Shown here: positions 9,750 to 18,956 of the stretch, in pieces
Numbering within the stretch: position 1 is the stretch's first letter
Layout of the letters: every line of letters begins with the position of its first letter
From: Clostridia bacterium
Lineage (GTDB): Bacteria; Bacillota; Clostridia; UMGS1883
Reading direction: 5' to 3'
Length of the DNA stretch: 57,199 bases
Assembly (NCBI GenBank): GCA_045545055.1
Contig: JAZQAB010000092.1
Coordinates: 1-57,199 of the forward strand
Made by a program: the position numbers and the translations under genes
The notes under the pieces: model-generated
The model's database searches: none
Told to the model about the DNA's origin: nothing
What the model saw: only the letters and a program-made list of their open reading frames with translations

Positions 9750-10176
9750 ATGAAATTTGCAGTCGGATACCAATTATTTAGTGACAACAGTTTTATCGAC
9801 AGTATTATAAAAAGAAAACACTCTGTTTCCGAGGTTTATTTTTCATGGGGGGATTTCCCGAATGGTAGCCGACGGGGAGCCGAACCCCACACGGTTTTAA
9901 GAGGTGAATTTTCCCCAATAGTGCGTTAAAATCCTTGAAAATACGAAAGTATTATCTGCGTATTTTGTCTTCTCTTGAGAAAAATTCATCCTCTTAAAAC
10001 TTCTGCGAACCCTGACATAGGAAAATTTTCATAAGACGGATGCGGAAGTCGCAGATGGGCTGTCGCCCTTCAAGACTGACAAATTCGTATTATGGGAATT
10101 TAACAAGTCAGGGCGTGTGGGGTTCGACTTCTCGTCGGCTAGAAATAATCAGCTCAGAAATTCCGCTATAACATAA
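9750..10176 (+). pseudogene. Gene remnant (MKFAVGYQL...VYFSWGDFPNG|RNNQLRNSAIT*) interrupted by a MITE and truncated
   Basis: GAGGTGG RBS, ATG at 9750, divergent from AraC. Removing 9868-10139 plus one TA restores a continuous frame that then stops after about 50 codons. Confidence 0.6.
9868..10139. mobile_element. 272-bp MITE with imperfect 26-bp terminal inverted repeats and TA target duplication
   Basis: TA|GCCGACGGGGAGCCGAACCCCACACG ... CGTGTGGGGTTCGACTTCTCGTCGGC|TA, with two long internal hairpin arms. Confidence 0.8.
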
Positions 10177-10207
10177 AGCATTTTAAGAGTAACAAAGCTT
10201 TTTCATT

Positions 10208-10237
10208 TGTCATTCCGAGTGTAAGTGAGGAATCTCT
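10208..10237. repeat. Short palindromic element TGTCATTCCGAGTGTAAGTGAGGAATCT
   Basis: ATTCC...GGAAT stem. Resembles GTCATTCYGAGC...GAAGAATCT-type intergenic palindromes. Single copy in this window. Confidence 0.4.
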
Positions 10238-10291
10238 TCACCCCAATAGTTGTTATAGCAAAAAAGAAACGAAGCAACCGTGCTTCGTTTC

Positions 10292-10478
10292 TTTTTTTGC
10301 CGTATAGAAAATTGCGTAAAATTAAGACGCATGAAGCCATGTTCGCACAAGGATTGTGTGCGACAAGAGTGAAGCGGCACGCTTCTTTTTTGCCGTATAG
10401 AAAATTGCGTAAATTTAATTCGCATGAAACTGTGTTCGTGTAATGTTCGGGTGCGACGAGGGTGAAGCGGAACGCTTC
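10292..10478. repeat. Two tandem ~93-bp structured repeat units (family A)
   Basis: TTTTTTGCCGTATAGAAAATTGCGTAAA...CGC-[29 nt]-GCGACRAGRGTGAAGCGGMACGCTTC twice. Preceded by a GAAACGAAGC...GCTTCGTTTC hairpin. Confidence 0.85.
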
Positions 10479-10496
10479 TTTTTTTGCTATATGGTA

Positions 10497-11414
10497 TCAC
10501 TTGAAATATTCTTCCTTTAAACTGACCACGATGGAATCCTTTGAATCATAGAGGGAAATTCCTTTGGGAAGCGACAGCCTTGCTTCAACGTCGCTGTTTG
10601 CTTCATAGACAGAAATATCAAGCGGTTTGGTTTTGATTTGTTCAATCTTTTCAATATCGGCTTTTTCACCGAAAATTCTTATGTTTGAGCTTTCGGGAAG
10701 CTTGTGCTCTGCACCGCCTTTCAGCTTTAACACCACGGGAACTGTTTTGAAACTATAAAACGAAAAGGTGACATCGGTTTCTGCAGGTATACACTCTACC
10801 CTTTCAAGAACGACTCCGTTTTTATCATAGGCGATAAGCTTTGCAGTTTGCTTTTCTTTGGCAGGGGAGAGCGTTTCCGTCTTGACAGAGGAAACGAGAT
10901 TAAGTATGCTTTCGGGTGCCTTTACAGTAACCTTTTTGTCCGATGCGTTATGAGATTCTACCTTAAAATCCGATGCGGCTTTTCCTTGCTCAAATGAAAC
11001 ATCTATATTAAATGTTTTCGTTTCTATAGGTTCAATCACCACTGAAATATTTTTGCCCTTTGCCGTAAAAACAGGGTCGGAGGTAACATTTGATGATACT
11101 GCAACGTGGACAGAGTATTTACCGGGCTTTCTGAAAGAGGAAACATTTATTACACCGGTGGTGTTTTTGTTGGTAAGCCGTGCCAAGGTTAATCTTTTTG
11201 CATTTGCTATTACCGAGATACTGTTGTCGGAAACGGAATAAACCGAAAGTCCGTTTTCGTTAAGTGCCTGTTCCCCCGAAAGTGTAATCGGGACATCATC
11301 AATGGTTTTTGTCATGGTGGGGTTTTCCTGATAGGAAACATAAATCCAAAGCACCACGGCAAGTAATGTACAAATAATTTTAAGAGCAAGCTTATTTTGC
11401 ATTATTTTTTCCAT
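10497..11414 (-). CDS. cdaR: CdaR / YbbR-domain regulator of diadenylate cyclase
   Basis: N-terminal TM helix LAVVLWIYV, YbbR-like beta repeats, overlaps the cdaA 3' end, GAAGGAG RBS. Confidence 0.8.
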   Translation of the reverse strand: MEKIMQNKLALKIICTLLAVVLWIYVSYQENPTMTKTIDDVPITLSGEQALNENGLSVYSVSDNSISVIANAKRLTLARLTNKNTTGVINVSSFRKPGKYSVHVAVSSNVTSDPVFTAKGKNISVVIEPIETKTFNIDVSFEQGKAASDFKVESHNASDKKVTVKAPESILNLVSSVKTETLSPAKEKQTAKLIAYDKNGVVLERVECIPAETDVTFSFYSFKTVPVVLKLKGGAEHKLPESSNIRIFGEKADIEKIEQIKTKPLDISVYEANSDVEARLSLPKGISLYDSKDSIVVSLKEEYFK

Positions 11415-12259
11415 TTTAAGCGCTCCTTCCACTTTGACAAAGAAGTGTCGTTTTTATCTGAAGAATCGGAGGCAAGAACTTTCATAATAACCTTTTTCAA
11501 AGAATCTTCAGTATAGTTGCGGCTCATGTTACCGCCCAGAGTAAAGCTGATTTTACCCGTTTCCTCACTGACAACTATGACTGCCGCATCCGAGCTTTCG
11601 GAAAGTCCCAAGGCGGCTCTGTGCCTTGTTCCCAGCTCACGGCTCAAGGTTTCATTAGGCGTAAGGGGGAGAATACAGCGTGCCGCTATGATTTTATTAT
11701 CTCTGATTATAACGGCACCATCGTGCAGTGGGGTGTTGGGAATAAATATGTTTATAAGTAATTCGCTGGACACATCGGCGTTAAGCTCACAGCCCGTTCT
11801 TACAATATCACCGATTTTAGTTTCTCTCTCAATTACCATCAGTGCACCGATTCTGCGGCTGGACATAGCCACAGCGGCAGATGCAATTTCCGAGGCGAGA
11901 AGCTCCGTATCATTTTTTTCCTCCTGTGTAAAAAGGGAGGAAAAGTTTACTCTGCCCACCTGCTCAAGTGCACGCCTCAGCTCCGGCTGGAAAATTACAA
12001 TAAAGGCGATAAGTGCAAACTGCATCAGATTACGCAGTAAGTAATTAATGGTAGTAAGCTCAAAGACATCACTTATCCATGTGAAAATCAGAAGAAGTAT
12101 AATTCCCTTGATAAGTGTTCCGGCTCGGGTTTCTCGTACCAGAGAAGATAATTTGTAAAAAACAAATGCGACAATTGCAATATCAATAATATCTGTCAGA
12201 CGCAGGAATGATAATGTCAATGCAAGGTCGCTCATTAAAGCTTCAAACAATAACTCCAA
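11402..12259 (-). CDS. cdaA: Diadenylate cyclase CdaA (DacA)
   Basis: Three TM helices, FQPELRRALE, PLHDGA, LGTRHRAA, VSEETG. Confidence 0.96.
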   Translation of the reverse strand: MELLFEALMSDLALTLSFLRLTDIIDIAIVAFVFYKLSSLVRETRAGTLIKGIILLLIFTWISDVFELTTINYLLRNLMQFALIAFIVIFQPELRRALEQVGRVNFSSLFTQEEKNDTELLASEIASAAVAMSSRRIGALMVIERETKIGDIVRTGCELNADVSSELLINIFIPNTPLHDGAVIIRDNKIIAARCILPLTPNETLSRELGTRHRAALGLSESSDAAVIVVSEETGKISFTLGGNMSRNYTEDSLKKVIMKVLASDSSDKNDTSLSKWKERLKWKK

Positions 12260-12347
12260 CCACCTTTACGTATAATATAATATTATACAATAAAAATTGA
12301 GTTAATGAAAGTGTTTTTTTCATAATTTAATTTAATTGTAAAATATA

Positions 12348-13463
12348 TTACTCTGCAATGATATTTTCAAGTGCTCGCGTAGCAGTTGTTATTTCGTCCT
12401 TTGTGTTAAAATAACCTGCTGAAAACCGAAGAAGTCCGCTTGAGATTGTTCCTAAGGTCCTGTGTGCCATAGGACAGCAGTGAAGCCCTGCACGTGTTGC
12501 AATGTGATATTCTCCATCCAGTCTTTCTGCAACCTCAACGCAATCGTGATTTTTAAGGAGAACTCCCATAACGGCGGTGTCGCTTTTTCCTAATAGCTTT
12601 ATCCCTTTTACTGTGGAAAGCTGCTCTTTAAAAAATGCACCAAGCTCGGCTTCTTTCTCCGCCACTCCTTCACGCATTACAAACTTGATTCCCTCACACA
12701 GACCTGCTATTGCACAGGTATTAACAGTACCTGCTTCAAAGCGTTCGGGGAGACTTTCGGGCATAAAGGCACTTTCGGACAAGCTTCCCGTACCGCCTTC
12801 AATCAAAGTGTCAAGCTTTAAACCTTTACGGATATACAAAACGCCTGTGCCGAAGGGTCCGTACAGCCCTTTATGCCCTGCAAATGCAATTAGATCTCCG
12901 CAGGAGGTATCGATGGGCAGTATTCCGCCGCTTTGTGCCGCATCTGTCAGAGTAAGCACATTTTTCTCACGTGCACGTTTGCAAATCTCTCTTACGGGAT
13001 TAACCGTGCCAACAACGTTTGAAGCATGAATAATACAAATCAGCCTTGTTTGGGGAGTAATTGCTGAGATGACGTCGTCCGGATTAACATATCCTTCATG
13101 GCTTGCACGCACGATTTTCACCTTAGCTCCACGCTTTTCCATGCTGATACAGCTTCTTAAAACGCTGTTATGCTCCATTGAAGAAATAATAATTTCATCA
13201 CCGCTTTTAATAACCCCTTTAATCGCAAGATTAATTGCCTCTGTGGTGTTTTTTGTAAAAATTATCTGCTCAGGACTTTCTGCATTGATAAAATCTGCCA
13301 TTACTTCACGGCATTCATAAACCTTTTCAAAGCTTTTTCTTGCAAGATAATGCCCTCCGCGTCCTGCGTTTCCACCGTAGCTTTTCATGCAGTCATAGAC
13401 AGCATCGACTACACTTTGAGGCTTTGGAAAGGTTGTGGCGGCGTTGTCAAGGTAAATCATCAC
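12348..13463 (-). CDS. Aminotransferase class V, cysteine desulfurase family
   Basis: IYLDNAATT, SSMEHNSV, DAAQS, FAGHKGLYGP, RAGLHC. Confidence 0.9.
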   Translation of the reverse strand: MMIYLDNAATTFPKPQSVVDAVYDCMKSYGGNAGRGGHYLARKSFEKVYECREVMADFINAESPEQIIFTKNTTEAINLAIKGVIKSGDEIIISSMEHNSVLRSCISMEKRGAKVKIVRASHEGYVNPDDVISAITPQTRLICIIHASNVVGTVNPVREICKRAREKNVLTLTDAAQSGGILPIDTSCGDLIAFAGHKGLYGPFGTGVLYIRKGLKLDTLIEGGTGSLSESAFMPESLPERFEAGTVNTCAIAGLCEGIKFVMREGVAEKEAELGAFFKEQLSTVKGIKLLGKSDTAVMGVLLKNHDCVEVAERLDGEYHIATRAGLHCCPMAHRTLGTISSGLLRFSAGYFNTKDEITTATRALENIIAE

Positions 13464-13471
13464 GTTCCTCC

Positions 13472-13726
13472 TTATTCTACCACTTTTGAATAGGTCTTCT
13501 TGCCCTCGGAATCGCTTTCATAGTAAAAAGAGCGTATTTTTACACCGAGCTCTCCGGCGGCAGTCATTATTATATTTTTTGCACTGTCATCAAAACGCAG
13601 ACTGTAGCCGCACCCCTCTTTAGCTATTTGCTGTGGGGTTTGAATAACGGAGGAGTATACTCCTAATTCGTAGGCGTGCCGTTTCAGCCTTGTCGCAGAT
13701 GTAACCGATGCCATTGTTGCAAGCAT
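13472..13726 (-). CDS. DUF3343-family small protein (putative Se/S carrier-like)
   Basis: SVTSA, IQTP, GCGYSL motif. Directly upstream of the cysteine desulfurase. Confidence 0.7.
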   Translation of the reverse strand: MLATMASVTSATRLKRHAYELGVYSSVIQTPQQIAKEGCGYSLRFDDSAKNIIMTAAGELGVKIRSFYYESDSEGKKTYSKVVE

Positions 13727-13815
13727 TGAAATCTCTCCGTTTCTTTAATACACATACTTTATTTTATGCTTAGCACACCACTTTGGTTATATCGAGAACA
13801 GGAATTATTAAAAAA

Positions 13816-13832
13816 TGTAACAAATTCGTAAA
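13816..13832 (+). promoter_or_regulatory. Candidate WalR-type box TGTAAC-AAATT-CGTAAA
   Basis: One mismatch to TGTWAH-N5-TGTWAH, same AAATT spacer as the 6898 box. Upstream of the regulator-ftsEX-M23 cluster. Confidence 0.45.
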
Positions 13833-13924
13833 GAATAACAAAAATATGTTGAAATAAAGAAAGAAAAGTGTTATTATAACTATATATGGTTATTTTGCGA
13901 TTAAATTTTGGGGAGGGAATTAAA

Positions 13925-15013
13925 ATGGTTAATAAATACCTAAACAATATCCTTATACAGACAAGTAAAATACTCGGATGCGAGGTTGGTATAATCGAGG
14001 GTAACGGCACTGTGGTTACAGCATCCGGAATCAATGAGATTTCCATGAATGTTACAGATGTGATTGATGCCTATCAGACCTCAAAATCAAGATTAATACA
14101 GGCAGGGGGATATACATTCTTTGCCGTGATTTCACGTGGGCGTGTAGAATATATCACCTTTATTAAAAACGATGATCCCCTTATGGGAAAGCAGGCAGAG
14201 CTTCTTTCCTCCTACATAGGAACGGTTCGCCAGATGCATAATGATAAGTATGATAAAACCAATTTTATCAAAAATATGCTTGCAGACAGTGTTCTTCCGG
14301 GGGATATTTTCTTGAAGAGTAAGGAATTGCATCTCGCATTTGACGTTGACAGGGCAGTGTTTGCACTTAGCTATGATGAAATCCGCGGAGTGGATGTTTT
14401 TGATATTATCAGCAAAATTTTCCCCGATAACGGAAAGGATTTTGTTATAGACCTTGATAACAACATGATTGCCATAGTAGCAGAAGTGAAAATGGGAACA
14501 ACTACTGCGGAGCTTGAAAAGCTTGCTTCAAAAATTGTAGATACTGTTACAAGCGAAGCGATGGTTGACGTTAACTTAGGTATCGGAACGATAGCTTCCA
14601 GCATAAAGGATATAGCAAAAAGCTATAAAGAGGCAAGAATTGCATTGGAAGTAGGAAAGGTGTTTGACGAGGACAAGTTTATCATGAACTACGATAATCT
14701 TGGAATAGCCCGTCTTATCTACCAGCTTCCCACAACCCTTTGCGAGCTGTTCCTTTCCGAAGTATTCAAGAAGGATTCCATTGATTCGCTCGATTCGGAA
14801 ACCTTACATACGATACAGAAATTCTTTGAGAACAATCTGAATGTATCAGAAACCTCCCGTCAGCTTTACGTTCACAGAAACACTCTTGTTTACAGACTTG
14901 ACAAGGTAAGGAAAATGACAGGTCTTGATTTGAGGATTTTTGACCATGCTATCGTGTTCAAAGTAGCTCTTATGGTTAAAAAGTATTTGGTATCAAAGCC
15001 GATGCGTATTTAA
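13925..15013 (+). CDS. PucR/CdaR-family transcriptional regulator
   Basis: C-terminal HTH_30 NLNVSETSRQLYVHRNTLVYRLDK..GLDLR, GGDEF-like middle region. Confidence 0.85.
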   Translation: MVNKYLNNILIQTSKILGCEVGIIEGNGTVVTASGINEISMNVTDVIDAYQTSKSRLIQAGGYTFFAVISRGRVEYITFIKNDDPLMGKQAELLSSYIGTVRQMHNDKYDKTNFIKNMLADSVLPGDIFLKSKELHLAFDVDRAVFALSYDEIRGVDVFDIISKIFPDNGKDFVIDLDNNMIAIVAEVKMGTTTAELEKLASKIVDTVTSEAMVDVNLGIGTIASSIKDIAKSYKEARIALEVGKVFDEDKFIMNYDNLGIARLIYQLPTTLCELFLSEVFKKDSIDSLDSETLHTIQKFFENNLNVSETSRQLYVHRNTLVYRLDKVRKMTGLDLRIFDHAIVFKVALMVKKYLVSKPMRI

Positions 15014-15028
15014 TGGAAGGGTGATTTG

Positions 15029-15715
15029 ATGATAGAATTCAAAGAGGTTAGTGTGGTTTATGATAAGGATATTGTCGGTCTTGACAATGTATCCTTCAAA
15101 ATAGAAGAAGGGGAGTTTGTTTTCCTCGTCGGCAAAACCGGTGCGGGAAAAAGCTCTGCGATCAAATTGCTTACAGGGGAGATAAAGCCCACAAGCGGTG
15201 ATGTTATTGTAGACGGAATCGTGGTTAACAGGCTCAAAAGGAGAAAAATTCCCTATTTGAGAAGGGCTCAGGGTGTAGTTTTTCAGGATTTCAGGCTTCT
15301 GCCCAATAAGACGGTGTATGAAAACGTTGCCTTTGCAATGGAAATAACAGGGAAGAAAAAGAAGGACATTCAGAGGAAGGTTCCCAAGATACTCAGCCTT
15401 GTAGGACTTTCCGAGCGTGCAAATAACTATCCCAACGAAATTTCAGGCGGTGAGCAGCAGCGTGTAAGTATAGCAAGGGCTCTTGTAAACAGTCCCTCTC
15501 TGATAATTGCGGACGAGCCTACGGGAAATCTTGACGTGGAAACATCTGCCGAGGTCATGAATCTTTTTGAAGAAATCAATAAGATGGGCACAACTATTGT
15601 TATGGTTACTCATTCCGAAAAAATAGTTAATGATATGCAAAAACGTGTAATACAGCTTGAAAACGGTGTGTTAATACGTGACGAAGAAAACGGGGTGTAT
15701 AACATTGGTGCTTAG
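15029..15715 (+). CDS. ftsE: Cell division ATP-binding protein FtsE
   Basis: GKTGAGKS, VFQDFRLL, ISGGEQQR, ADEPTGNLD. Confidence 0.93.
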   Translation: MIEFKEVSVVYDKDIVGLDNVSFKIEEGEFVFLVGKTGAGKSSAIKLLTGEIKPTSGDVIVDGIVVNRLKRRKIPYLRRAQGVVFQDFRLLPNKTVYENVAFAMEITGKKKKDIQRKVPKILSLVGLSERANNYPNEISGGEQQRVSIARALVNSPSLIIADEPTGNLDVETSAEVMNLFEEINKMGTTIVMVTHSEKIVNDMQKRVIQLENGVLIRDEENGVYNIGA

Positions 15716-16592
15716 GAATTTGAAATACTACATTAAAAATGCCGCAAGCTCTTTTAAGAGAAACGGCATTATGACAATTGCATCTTTTATTACTGTTACA
15801 TGCTGTCTGTTCCTTTTCGGCGTGTTTGTGGTATTTTCCATGAATATGAACTATATAGGAAAGCAGCTTGAACAGCAGTGTGAGCTTCAGGCATATATGT
15901 ATCTGGAAACCGACGAACCCGAGCAGCGTGCCGTTTACGAAAAGGTATTGCAGCTTGATAATGTTTATGATGCAACGCTGGAAACCGAAAAGCAGGCATT
16001 TGAAAACTTTAAAAAGCAGCTTGGTGAGGACGGTGACCTTTTAGACGGTCTTGAGGATAAGGATTTCCTCCGTAGCTCCATAAAAATTACGCTTAACGAT
16101 ATCCGAAAATCAAATGATACGAAAAAAGCCGTAGAAAAAATTTCCGGCATTGAAAAAGTGGAGAATTATCAGGACACCGTGGGAAAGGTTCTCAGCCTTA
16201 CAGGTGCAGTGAATAAGGGAAGCACCGTGGGTATGCTTGTGCTTATGATAATAGCGGTATTTATTATTCAGAACACTATCAAGCTTAGCGTATTTGCACG
16301 TGAGAAGGAAATACATATTATGAAATTTGTGGGTGCTACTGACAGATTCATAAGAACGCCTTTTGTGATAGAGGGAGTTATGATAGGTGCTTTGGGCTTT
16401 ATTGTGTCCTATGCGGTAATACTTTTCAGTTATACACCGGCAATAAGCACTGTTAAAGACCTTATAAAAATGTTTGATTTTCTTCCGCTTCAGTCATGTG
16501 CGTTAGAGCTTGGTGTAATGATGGCACTTTTCGGCACATTGATGGGAGCAATAGGAAGTGCCGTATCAATCAAAAGACACCTAAAGGTATAA
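15708..16592 (+). CDS. ftsX: Cell division permease FtsX
   Basis: Four TM helices, NTIKLSVFAREKEIHIMKFVGAT..FIRTPF.IEG. Confidence 0.93.
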   Translation: MLRNLKYYIKNAASSFKRNGIMTIASFITVTCCLFLFGVFVVFSMNMNYIGKQLEQQCELQAYMYLETDEPEQRAVYEKVLQLDNVYDATLETEKQAFENFKKQLGEDGDLLDGLEDKDFLRSSIKITLNDIRKSNDTKKAVEKISGIEKVENYQDTVGKVLSLTGAVNKGSTVGMLVLMIIAVFIIQNTIKLSVFAREKEIHIMKFVGATDRFIRTPFVIEGVMIGALGFIVSYAVILFSYTPAISTVKDLIKMFDFLPLQSCALELGVMMALFGTLMGAIGSAVSIKRHLKV

Positions 16593-16622
16593 CCTTTTCC
16601 GCAAAGAAAGGAATTTTATGCT

Positions 16623-17783
16623 ATGAACAAAAGAACAAGAGAAGTTTTGAAAAAAACATTTGCCGTCCTTTGTGCTTGCATTGTTGTGACAGCACTTGTA
16701 GCTTCCGTGTTTTTGCCCGTGGTAAGAGCGGCAACTCAAAAACAGCTTAATGATGCAAAGAATAAAACACAAGAGGCAAAGACTGCCGCACAGAAAGCGG
16801 AAGCCGAGAAAAAGGCGGCTATCAACTCATATAATGCACTTGATTCACAGATACAAAATACTGAAAATGAGATTGATACTCTTGAAAAACAAATAGAGCA
16901 GACAAAAAAAGATATAGTGCTCAAGGAAGAAGAGCTAAAGCTTGCCGAGGAGCAGCTTAAAAGCCATGAAGAGGCATTTATGGCACGGGCAGGAGCTATG
17001 TATGAGCACAATGACATAAAATATGTCGAGTTACTCTTTAAGGCTGACAGCTTAAGCGATTTTCTCACCAAAATAGACATGATTACACAGATTATGGAAT
17101 ATGATAATAAGGTTCTGACGGATTTAAAAGAGACCCGTGAGAAAATTAACCTTGCAAAAAAACAGCTTGAAGACATTCTTGTAAGGCAGGAAGATGATTC
17201 AAAGAAGCTTGAAACAAAAAGGCAGTCGCTTTCTGCTGCTTTAGCGGAAAAAGAAAAGCTTATGAAAGAGGCTATCAAAAATGCAGACAGGTATAAGGCA
17301 ATATATGAAGCTGCAGAGAGGGCGGAACAGGCACTAATCCGTGAAAACGCCAATGCATTTTCACAAAGCGGATACAATGTTAAATATACCGGCGGAAGGT
17401 TTGCATGGCCGGTTCCGGGTAGCCACAGAATTACAAGTCAGTACGGCGAAAGAATACATCCTGTGTATAAAACACGTAAGTTCCATTCTGGAATTGACAT
17501 AGGAGCAGGTTATGGTCTTGACATAGTAGCTGCCGCAGACGGTAAGGTTACCTTGGCAACAACAAACGGCGGTTACGGCAAATGTGTGGTTATCAACCAC
17601 GGCAGCGGAATCACTACACTTTACGGGCATTGCAGCAGCATGCTTGTTTCAGCAGGCGATACTGTAACCAAGGGGCAGGTAATTGCAAAAGTAGGCTCAA
17701 CAGGAGTGTCGACGGGACCGCATCTTCATTTTGAAGTTCGTATAAACGGTGCAACAACAAACCCCTTAAACTATGTTTCGTAA
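16623..17783 (+). CDS. Coiled-coil + M23 peptidase (EnvC/CwlO-like FtsEX partner)
   Basis: Signal peptide, long coiled coil, HSGID, YGH, STGPHLHFEVR. Confidence 0.9.
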   Translation: MNKRTREVLKKTFAVLCACIVVTALVASVFLPVVRAATQKQLNDAKNKTQEAKTAAQKAEAEKKAAINSYNALDSQIQNTENEIDTLEKQIEQTKKDIVLKEEELKLAEEQLKSHEEAFMARAGAMYEHNDIKYVELLFKADSLSDFLTKIDMITQIMEYDNKVLTDLKETREKINLAKKQLEDILVRQEDDSKKLETKRQSLSAALAEKEKLMKEAIKNADRYKAIYEAAERAEQALIRENANAFSQSGYNVKYTGGRFAWPVPGSHRITSQYGERIHPVYKTRKFHSGIDIGAGYGLDIVAAADGKVTLATTNGGYGKCVVINHGSGITTLYGHCSSMLVSAGDTVTKGQVIAKVGSTGVSTGPHLHFEVRINGATTNPLNYVS

Positions 17784-17797
17784 AGGAAGTTTTTTAG

Positions 17798-18949
17798 GTG
17801 AATAAAATCTCAAAGAAGACACTATTTACCATTTTAATTACTTTTGTGGTGACATACCTTTTTACAGGTGTGTTGCATCCGCAATTTGCTGATTTCAAAC
17901 GACTGGAACGTATAATGCAGATTGTAGACGAGCAGTACGTGGGAGATTACAGTACCGAAAAATGCGAAGATGCAGCCATAAATGCGGTTCTGGGTGGCTT
18001 GGGTGATAAGTATGCCGTTTATTATGACGAGGAAAACGCAAAAGAAACCATGCAGAATATAGAAGGGTACTACTACGGTATAGGAGTAGAGGTTTTTGCA
18101 AATACACAAAAGAATGCTATTGAGATTCTTTCGGTGCATGCATCTTCACCGGCGGAAAAGGCAGGAATAATGAAGGGCGATTTGCTTCTTTCGGTAGACG
18201 GTAAGGATTACGGTGCAAATCAGCTTGCCGACGTAGTAAGTTATATAAAAGGCGATGGAACGAAAGCCTCCCTCAATCAGTCAATTAAGATTTTATTAAG
18301 CCGTGACGGGGAGAAGGTAACGGTTACTCTCAAGCGTGCAAAGCTTGGACTTTATGAGGTCAAAAGCGAATTGATTGATGATATTTGCTATATACGCTAT
18401 GACGGGTTCACACAAAAGTCTCTCGGTGATTTTAAGAAAATTGTAGACTCCCTTGATGAGAAGAAAACGAAGGGAATAGTAATAGATATAAGATACAATC
18501 CGGGAGGAGAATTTTCAAGCGTTATTGAGATGTGCGACCTTTTTTTAGATGATGAACCGATAATGTACACGCTCGACAAAAAAGGCGATAAAACCGTATA
18601 CACAGGTACAAAAGGAAAAAAGGATTTTCCCATGGCAGTTATCGTAAGCGGAGCATCGGCAAGTGCCTCTGAGGTTTTTGCAGGTGCTATGCAGGCTAAC
18701 AAACGTGCTGTGATAATAGGGGAGGAAACCTTTGGAAAAGGTGTTACCCAGTCGGTTATGTATCTTGACAGATCAGATAAATCCATGGGTGCAGTAAAGT
18801 TAACGACCTATAAAAACTATACCCCCGACGGCAGATGGATTAACGAAAAGATTATCCCGGATATAAAGGTGAAGCTTGATAAAATTGGCTCCGATATCAG
18901 GGAGGATACCGCTTTTAAAGCTGCCGTAGATTATTTTAATAAGGAATAA
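17798..18949 (+). CDS. S41 C-terminal processing protease with PDZ domain
   Basis: GIGV PDZ loop, DIRYNPGG, SASASE, FGKG. Confidence 0.9.
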   Translation: MNKISKKTLFTILITFVVTYLFTGVLHPQFADFKRLERIMQIVDEQYVGDYSTEKCEDAAINAVLGGLGDKYAVYYDEENAKETMQNIEGYYYGIGVEVFANTQKNAIEILSVHASSPAEKAGIMKGDLLLSVDGKDYGANQLADVVSYIKGDGTKASLNQSIKILLSRDGEKVTVTLKRAKLGLYEVKSELIDDICYIRYDGFTQKSLGDFKKIVDSLDEKKTKGIVIDIRYNPGGEFSSVIEMCDLFLDDEPIMYTLDKKGDKTVYTGTKGKKDFPMAVIVSGASASASEVFAGAMQANKRAVIIGEETFGKGVTQSVMYLDRSDKSMGAVKLTTYKNYTPDGRWINEKIIPDIKVKLDKIGSDIREDTAFKAAVDYFNKE

Positions 18950-18956
18950 CAGTGAA

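Noticed and set aside
10100-10141. tRNA gene at the MITE end
   Set aside because: Only a T-arm-like word is present, with no D or anticodon arms and no CCA acceptor stem.
10292-10478. CRISPR array interpretation of the family-A repeats
   Set aside because: At most two units per locus, the constant part is about 60 nt and degenerate, the cores resemble each other and are self-complementary, and there are no cas genes in the window.
10210-10500. ORFs 10210-10500(-) and 10225-10443(+)
   Set aside because: Translations of repeat DNA (KRSVPLH recurs) with no recognisable RBS or family.
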